This document shows, one piece after another, positions 58,167 through 64,000 of a stretch of DNA of 64,000 nt (position 1 is the stretch's first letter; each line of letters starts with the position of its first letter). The notes beneath the pieces were generated by a model. The model was not told where the DNA came from, did no database searches, and saw only the letters and a program-made list of their open reading frames with translations. The stretch is from contig CBDCWI010000002.1 in assembly GCA_965223325.1 (NCBI GenBank), forward strand, positions 4,128,001 to 4,192,000, given 5' to 3'. Origin of the DNA: Candidatus Multivoradales bacterium (GTDB taxonomy: Bacteria > Acidobacteriota > Thermoanaerobaculia > Multivoradales > Multivoraceae). The position numbers were made by a program, and so were the translations under genes.

Positions 58167-60065
58167 ATGTCTCGCTCGCTCCCCCGCCTCATCGGACAGA
58201 ACGCGGGTGGTCGCGTCGCGATTGCGGCCAGCACCATCGCCCTTCTGATTCTCATCGGAGCGGCGCAGCTGCTCGACTCGGCTCCCGCTCGCGCAACGGA
58301 GGGCGAGACCGACGCCAGGAGCCTGACGGATCACGGGTCCGCGCTCCTAGACATCCTTTCACTTCAGCGCGGGGCTTTTACCCCAGGCGGTACGCAGCCG
58401 GGGCTTTCGCACGCCATGGCGAACCCGGGAAGCTGCGCCAGCTGCCATCAAGATGCGAGCCATCAGCCCTATCCGTCCTGGGCAGGAACGATGATGGCGA
58501 ACGCGACGCGCGACCCGATCTTCTGGGCGGCTCTCGACGTGGCCAACAACGACGTTCCAGGTGTGGGCGAGTTCTGCCTGCGTTGTCACACACCATCGGC
58601 CTGGTTGGCGGGGCGTGCCGACGCCGGAGGCGGTGGAGATCCGGTCGGTGACGCCGATGGTTGTGGCCTTCTGGGAACGCTCGACGGCGTAGACAACGAC
58701 TTCGAAGGTGTGAGCTGCCCTCTTTGCCATCGCATGATCGTGAACGACAACCCGCCGATGGGGGAGCCCAGTGCCTACACCGAGAACGCCCAGTTCTGGA
58801 TCGACGACGAGGTCTGTGCCGGTGCCGGCGAGCCCTGTCGACAGGGTCCCTACGACTATCCGATGGGCGGATCCGACGTGCCGCCGCCCCATGCTTGGGA
58901 GCACTCGGGCTACCTGACGGATTCGGCCCTCTGTGCGACATGCCACAACGTCAGCAATCCGTTCCAGATGCTGCGCGATACTGACGGCACGAACACGATG
59001 ATTCCGTTTCCGGCGGAACGCACCCACATGGAGTGGGAGCAAAGCGACTTCGCGGCCGGCCCGAACCCGACGCACTGCCAGGACTGCCACATGCCGCAGG
59101 CGACGGCCGACCCCGCCTATGCCTGCCTCCAGGCCCAGAACGATCGCGCCGGCGATCTCGCACAGCACCTGATGGTCGGCGGAAACACTTTCGTGCCGGC
59201 CATCCTCGCCGGGGAGTACCCGGGTCTCGGGCGCGGAGCCGCGTTTCAAGCCACGATCGACGCTGCTGAAAACTTGCTTGCCTCGGCAGCAACCGTGTCG
59301 GTGACCTCGTCCAATACCTCGCACGCTGGCGGTGTGCAGCGGGTCGATCTGCGAGTGAGCAACCTGTCGGGCCACAAGCTGCCGACCGGCTACGCCGAAG
59401 GCCGGCGCATGTGGCTGCATGTTGTGGCGCGCGACGCCTCAGATCAGGTGATCTGGGAAAGTGGGGCCTGGAACGCGACGAATGGTGCACTCGCCACGGA
59501 TCCTCAGCTGCAGGTCTGGGAACGTCGTCAGGGCATATGGGATAGCGGCACGAGTTCTTGCAAGATCACCGATGACTTCGGCGACGCCGTGTTTCACTTC
59601 GCGCTCGACAATTGCATTGCCCTCGACAACCGCATTCCGCCTCAAGGCTTTACGGGAGGATCAGATCTCGAGACCAGGCCGGTCGGTGCGACCTTCCCGG
59701 AGACCTCGCCCGGTTCTGGCGAGTTGGTGCACTGGGATGACGTGCACTACGACATTACGATCCCAGCTGGAACCACCGGCCCGGTCGAAATCGAGGCGAC
59801 GCTCCTCTTTCAAGCGGTGAGTCGTGAGTACATCGAGTTCCTCCGCGACGAGGCGGTGGATGAGGGCTTTGCCGATGACTGCACGCCGCGCTCGGATGGA
59901 CTGCCAGGAATGACGCGCGGCGAGCTCCTCTATGGTTTGTGGGAGGAGTATGGTCGGTCGGCACCGGTCTCGATGGCGGTGACTTCGATTGCCAAGCCGT
60001 TGGCCCTGTTTGCCGACGATTTCGAGTCTGGCGATGAGTCGGCATGGAGCAACAGCAAGCCCTGA
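58167..60065 (+). CDS. Multiheme c-type cytochrome (5 CxxCH), secreted
   Basis: CASCH, CLRCH, CPLCH, CATCH, CQDCH; GHKLPTG; C-terminal LFADDFESGD..AWS. Confidence 0.88.
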   Translation: MSRSLPRLIGQNAGGRVAIAASTIALLILIGAAQLLDSAPARATEGETDARSLTDHGSALLDILSLQRGAFTPGGTQPGLSHAMANPGSCASCHQDASHQPYPSWAGTMMANATRDPIFWAALDVANNDVPGVGEFCLRCHTPSAWLAGRADAGGGGDPVGDADGCGLLGTLDGVDNDFEGVSCPLCHRMIVNDNPPMGEPSAYTENAQFWIDDEVCAGAGEPCRQGPYDYPMGGSDVPPPHAWEHSGYLTDSALCATCHNVSNPFQMLRDTDGTNTMIPFPAERTHMEWEQSDFAAGPNPTHCQDCHMPQATADPAYACLQAQNDRAGDLAQHLMVGGNTFVPAILAGEYPGLGRGAAFQATIDAAENLLASAATVSVTSSNTSHAGGVQRVDLRVSNLSGHKLPTGYAEGRRMWLHVVARDASDQVIWESGAWNATNGALATDPQLQVWERRQGIWDSGTSSCKITDDFGDAVFHFALDNCIALDNRIPPQGFTGGSDLETRPVGATFPETSPGSGELVHWDDVHYDITIPAGTTGPVEIEATLLFQAVSREYIEFLRDEAVDEGFADDCTPRSDGLPGMTRGELLYGLWEEYGRSAPVSMAVTSIAKPLALFADDFESGDESAWSNSKP

Positions 60066-60083
60066 CGGTGGTGGGCCGGCGCG

Positions 60084-60785
60084 TTAGTTGGTCGTCGCGG
60101 CGCGATCAGGTGCCGGCCGCGCCAGCCATGTGCCCTCGCCACTAGCCGCGGCCCAGCAGCCGCCCGCCTCGCGACGCTCGGACTTGTAGTTCCAGGTGCC
60201 TTCGAGCTGGTCGAAGGCGGTGAAGCGACCCTCGAGAATCAGCTGCGCGCGTTGACCGATGGCCGAGTCTTCGAGGCCGGTCACAGCGAGCGAGCCGTTG
60301 ACGTCGGCGGGGCGTTCGTCTTCGGTCTTGCCCGCCGGCCCGGGGGGAACGTAGCGCCAACTGCCGGTGGTCGTAGGGTCCTGCGGCCAGAACATGACCC
60401 AGGAAGATTGCTCTTCGAGGGCGCGCAGTTGCGCACGGTCGATGTTGCCGAGCAGCTGCACGGAGCTCGCCTCTTCACCCGGTGCTCTCGACTCGCCCTC
60501 GAAGGCGAGCACAAAATGCAGTCGACCGTCTCCCTCGAGCTCGAGCCAGGTCGGCGGCTTGGGATCAGCGAAGAGAGGCATCGGTTGACGTTCGGTATGG
60601 CCCCTGGTGCAGATGACCGGCGTCGAGCCGCCCGAGCGCGAGGTGATGGCTCCAGTGATCTGTTCGAACTGCCAGCGTCCCAGCGGAGGCTCGGGCGGCG
60701 GGCCTGGTAGAGGCTCGCTTTGCGGAGTGCAGCCCGCCGCGGCCAGGAATACGACGCCCGCCAGGCGCAGCTCACTCCAGTTCAC
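60084..60785 (-). CDS. Hypothetical lipoprotein
   Basis: LAAAGC lipobox; start overlaps the nudC stop. Confidence 0.65.
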   Translation of the reverse strand: MNWSELRLAGVVFLAAAGCTPQSEPLPGPPPEPPLGRWQFEQITGAITSRSGGSTPVICTRGHTERQPMPLFADPKPPTWLELEGDGRLHFVLAFEGESRAPGEEASSVQLLGNIDRAQLRALEEQSSWVMFWPQDPTTTGSWRYVPPGPAGKTEDERPADVNGSLAVTGLEDSAIGQRAQLILEGRFTAFDQLEGTWNYKSERREAGGCWAAASGEGTWLARPAPDRAATTN

Positions 60786-61723
60786 TCGCTATCCAACCAG
60801 GCATCGACCAGTCGACGGGCGATCGACAGTGGCGGTGGCAAACGGATCTCACGCATTCTGAGTGCAGTGCGCAGCTCACGGCGATCGAACCAGCGGGCGT
60901 CCTCGAGCTCATCTTCGCCGACGTCCGGCTCGCCGCCCGGAGAGCGGGCCATGAACCCCAGCATCAGAGACTGTGGAAAGGGCCATGGCTGCGAAGAGTG
61001 GTACGTCGCGTCGGTGACGACGATGCGCGTTTCCTCGTAGACCTCACGCGCGACCGAAGACTCGAGGCTCTCACCAGCCTCACAGAAGCCGGCGAGCGCC
61101 GAGTAGAAGCCCGGTGGCCAACTGGGCTGGCGACCGAGCAGGGCGCGCTGGTTGTCGATCGTGGTCACCAGCATGATCACTGCCGGGTCGGTGCGCGGAA
61201 AGACCTGGGTGTCGCAGTCGGAGTCTGTGCAGACCCGCTGATGGCCGGCGAGTTCGATCCTGGTTGGCTCGCCGCAGCGCCCGCAATGCCTGGCCTGTGC
61301 GTGCCAGTGGCAGAGAGCGCGCGAATAGGCGAGGAGCGACCCGTCGCGAGCGGAGAGCATCGCCCCGACCTGACGAAGGTCGTTGATCACCGCGTTGCGA
61401 TCGAGTCCGGCGACTGTTTCTTCTTCCAGATGAGAGAGATCCATACAGAAGAAGGACTGTTCGCCGTGGCGACCAAGAAAGAGGGGCGGCGAATCGCTCT
61501 GCCATGCCGAGACCGCGGAGAGCGGTAGGAGAACAGCGAACGGCGGATCGTCAGGCACAACCAAGCATCGCGAACTCCAAACCGGAACGATCAACGTCGA
61601 GGCCTCTTCGAGGCGCCGTGCGATCCAACCCGAGTCTTCGCGACGGTAAGAAACACGATCCAATGTGCGATCGTCAAAGAAGTTGCTGCGCGGCAAAACG
61701 GTCCGGTTCTCCCCTTGGCCCAT
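60782..61723 (-). CDS. nudC: NAD(+) diphosphatase / NADH pyrophosphatase
   Basis: CGRCG..C..C, FPRTDPAVI, Nudix AGF.E.GE....V.REV.EE, SQPWPFPQS. Confidence 0.93.
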   Translation of the reverse strand: MGQGENRTVLPRSNFFDDRTLDRVSYRREDSGWIARRLEEASTLIVPVWSSRCLVVPDDPPFAVLLPLSAVSAWQSDSPPLFLGRHGEQSFFCMDLSHLEEETVAGLDRNAVINDLRQVGAMLSARDGSLLAYSRALCHWHAQARHCGRCGEPTRIELAGHQRVCTDSDCDTQVFPRTDPAVIMLVTTIDNQRALLGRQPSWPPGFYSALAGFCEAGESLESSVAREVYEETRIVVTDATYHSSQPWPFPQSLMLGFMARSPGGEPDVGEDELEDARWFDRRELRTALRMREIRLPPPLSIARRLVDAWLDSE

Positions 61724-61806
61724 AGGCTTGGCTACGAGGTCGCAACGTTACCAAGAACGAAGAAGCGCTCTGGCGCTCGGATACCCAGGAGTGGAATGCT
61801 TGGCTC

Positions 61807-63099
61807 ATGAACCACCAAGAGAGCAAACGCGACGTCGACCGCGCGATCGAGGATCACAGCAAGGCACTCTGGGATCTACTCTCGCCGGTCGCGAGACGAG
61901 CAGAGTATCCACGCGACGTGCCGTTTCAGGCGGCCGAGGCCCGTGGCACGCGTTACAACGCCACCATCGGGCAGCTCACCGACGGTCACGGCAGGGTGTT
62001 GGGTCTGCCGACGGTTGAGGAGACGCTCTCGTCGCTGTCATCAAATGAGCGCAACCGCGCGCTCTTGTACTCCCCGATTGGCGGGTTTCCAGCTTTGCGC
62101 GAAGCGTGGCGAGCGCGCGAGCTCGGTGGGCGAGACCTCGAGTCGAGCCTGCCGATCGTGACGGTCGGTCTCACGCACGCGTTGGCGCTCGCCGCCGACC
62201 TCTTCGGTGGCCCGGGGCGACCGGTTCTGGTTCCCGACCCGTGCTGGGGAAACTACGAGCAGGTCTTCGGACTGCGAACGGGCGCCGAGTTGATCTCCGT
62301 GCCGGCCTTTGCCGAGCGCCGGTTCCAGCCGGAGTCGTTTGCCATAGCGCTCGACGCCTTGCCGGACAGACAGCCGGCGGTGGTCATTCTCAACTTTCCT
62401 GCCAATCCGGTGGGTTATATGCCAACGCGAGAAGAGCGTGGCCAGCTCGCCAGCGCGCTGGCCGACGCAGCGACCAGGCGTCCGGTGGTGGTTGTTTGTG
62501 ATGACGCGTATCAGGGGCTGGTGTTCGACGCCGACGTACCGCGCGAGTCTCTTTACCTGGAGCTGCTCGGCCGCCACCCGAGCCTCTTTCCGGTGCGCGT
62601 ATCGGGTGCGACCAAGGAGCTGGTGTTCTTCGGCGGCCGCGTAGGGTTCTTGAGTCTTCCGTTCTCTCCCACCTCGGAGGTCTGGAGGGCCCTCGAGAAC
62701 AAGTTGCTCTGTCTCCTGCGAGCCGGTGTTGGGTCGCCGTCGGCGCTTTCACAGGTGGTGATGCTGCGGGCACTCGGAGCAGAGTCGCTGGACCGAGAGA
62801 TCGAGTCCGTGCGCAGCACCCTCGAAGCTCGACACAAGAAACTCGTTCTGGCACTCGCAGAGGTCGACGACGACGTCTTGCGCCTGATGCCGTCGAACGC
62901 CGGAGCCTTCGCTCTCATCGAGGTGCCGCCGGGGATCGATCCCGATCGCCTCCGCCACCATCTCATCGAGCACCAAGACACCGGTGTTGTGTCGGTTGCG
63001 CCGTGCTACCTTCGCCTGGCGTTCTGTTCCGTCGACCTGGACGACATCGGTGCCCTCGTTGCACGGCTCGAGGTCGGAGTGCGCGCCGTCGCTCCGTAG
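61807..63099 (+). CDS. Class I/II PLP-dependent aminotransferase
   Basis: NATIG, WGNY, NFPANPVGY, DDAY, GATKE...GGRVGF. Confidence 0.88.
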   Translation: MNHQESKRDVDRAIEDHSKALWDLLSPVARRAEYPRDVPFQAAEARGTRYNATIGQLTDGHGRVLGLPTVEETLSSLSSNERNRALLYSPIGGFPALREAWRARELGGRDLESSLPIVTVGLTHALALAADLFGGPGRPVLVPDPCWGNYEQVFGLRTGAELISVPAFAERRFQPESFAIALDALPDRQPAVVILNFPANPVGYMPTREERGQLASALADAATRRPVVVVCDDAYQGLVFDADVPRESLYLELLGRHPSLFPVRVSGATKELVFFGGRVGFLSLPFSPTSEVWRALENKLLCLLRAGVGSPSALSQVVMLRALGAESLDREIESVRSTLEARHKKLVLALAEVDDDVLRLMPSNAGAFALIEVPPGIDPDRLRHHLIEHQDTGVVSVAPCYLRLAFCSVDLDDIGALVARLEVGVRAVAP

Positions 63100-63110
63100 C
63101 AACGCGCGGT

Positions 63111-63932
63111 TTACAGCACCGCCAACGACAGCGATGCGCCCTGGGGGATTCCTCGGAGCCATTCCGGGTAGGGGGTCAGGGCGTGCTGAAGCAAGAGGTG
63201 ACAGCGCCCGCGCTCTGCGATCTGGTCTGGGCAGGTGAGCTCTTCGTGGTGTTTGAGGTAGTAGGCGCGATAGCCGACCTGGTTGCACCACGCCAGGACC
63301 CGGCTCGCGTTCTCCGCCATGGAGAGCTCGGGGGAGGAATGCATCTCGACCAGGAAGCGAGGTCGGTGCTCTGTGGCCAGTTGCCTCGCTCCAGAGAGCA
63401 CCAGCGCTTCGGCGCCTTCGACGTCGATCTTGATCAGGTCGGGTACCCTGGCGCCCGAGGAAACGATGGCATCCAGAGTCACCGTTTGGACGCGGCGCGG
63501 CGGGAGTTTTCCACCCGAGACGGCGTGCGAGGCGAACATGCTGCCAGCTGCACCAGCCCCTTCGGTGAAGAAGTCGATCTCGTCGTCGTTGCGGTCAGCG
63601 GCGAAGGACGACAGCACGTCGATCCTGGAGTCGAGGCCGTTGGCTTCGAGGTTCTCGATCGCCAGAGCCAAGGCCTCGCGGTTGGGTTCGAAGAGAGTGG
63701 CGTGCTCGATCGAGCCGTACAGAAGTGCCAGGAGAGAGTCGTAGCCAACGTTCGCTCCGACATCGAAGAGCACCGTGGCATGTCGACAGCAGGCCAGGAA
63801 CCAGGCGTCATCGTAGTCGGCCTCCTTGCGAAAGGTTCCGAGCCTCGTCTTCACCCGCTGGCCGAGAACATCATGGTGCTGCCAGTGGACCCCAAGAGCC
63901 ACTTTCGTTCGATGGATGATGCTCGAGATCAC
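63111..63932 (-). CDS. FkbM-family methyltransferase
   Basis: DVGANVG, FEPN, TLD, IKIDVEGAE. Confidence 0.9.
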   Translation of the reverse strand: MISSIIHRTKVALGVHWQHHDVLGQRVKTRLGTFRKEADYDDAWFLACCRHATVLFDVGANVGYDSLLALLYGSIEHATLFEPNREALALAIENLEANGLDSRIDVLSSFAADRNDDEIDFFTEGAGAAGSMFASHAVSGGKLPPRRVQTVTLDAIVSSGARVPDLIKIDVEGAEALVLSGARQLATEHRPRFLVEMHSSPELSMAENASRVLAWCNQVGYRAYYLKHHEELTCPDQIAERGRCHLLLQHALTPYPEWLRGIPQGASLSLAVL

Positions 63933-64000
63933 GGTTCCGCCTTTCGGTGAATAGAGGCAACGGTGCCGGCGCCGGGAAGAATAGAATAACTTGAAATACT

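Noticed and set aside
1-64000. tRNA/rRNA genes
   Set aside because: None were recognised by eye; a tRNAscan/Infernal run would be needed to exclude them fully.

Overview
GC-rich bacterial chromosomal window. The GWxTD-like, VWA and IPTL-CTERM proteins and a C-terminal FxDxFESGD tail suggest Acidobacteriota/Thermoanaerobaculia, which is an inference. Bases 1-31.1 kb hold housekeeping and envelope genes (OmpA, class-II GAPDH-like, RlmD-like, QueD, ClpX-like, ugd, MlaEFD, PlsC, Mrp, LpxH, AroA, a sigma-54 activator, NHEJ ligD/ku, infC) and a 4.2 x 209-bp intergenic tandem repeat. Directly after infC is a ~12.5 kb integron cassette array (31.55-44.1 kb). It has a putative attI and ~15 attC sites of one family (12 clear, the rest degenerate or disrupted) but no intact integrase. 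The array carries three toxin-antitoxin cassettes, a HEPN cassette, one duplicated cassette and three ORF-less 384-388 bp cassettes sharing a palindrome. It also carries an IS1111/IS110 element inserted in an attC. That element's ~475-bp non-coding end contains segments matching both halves of the attC target and its own ends (bridge/seekRNA-like), and a second transposase-free copy of that module sits in another attC. Bases 44.3-64 kb are ordinary metabolic and secreted-protein genes. Family calls come from motif recognition only; no database searches were run.
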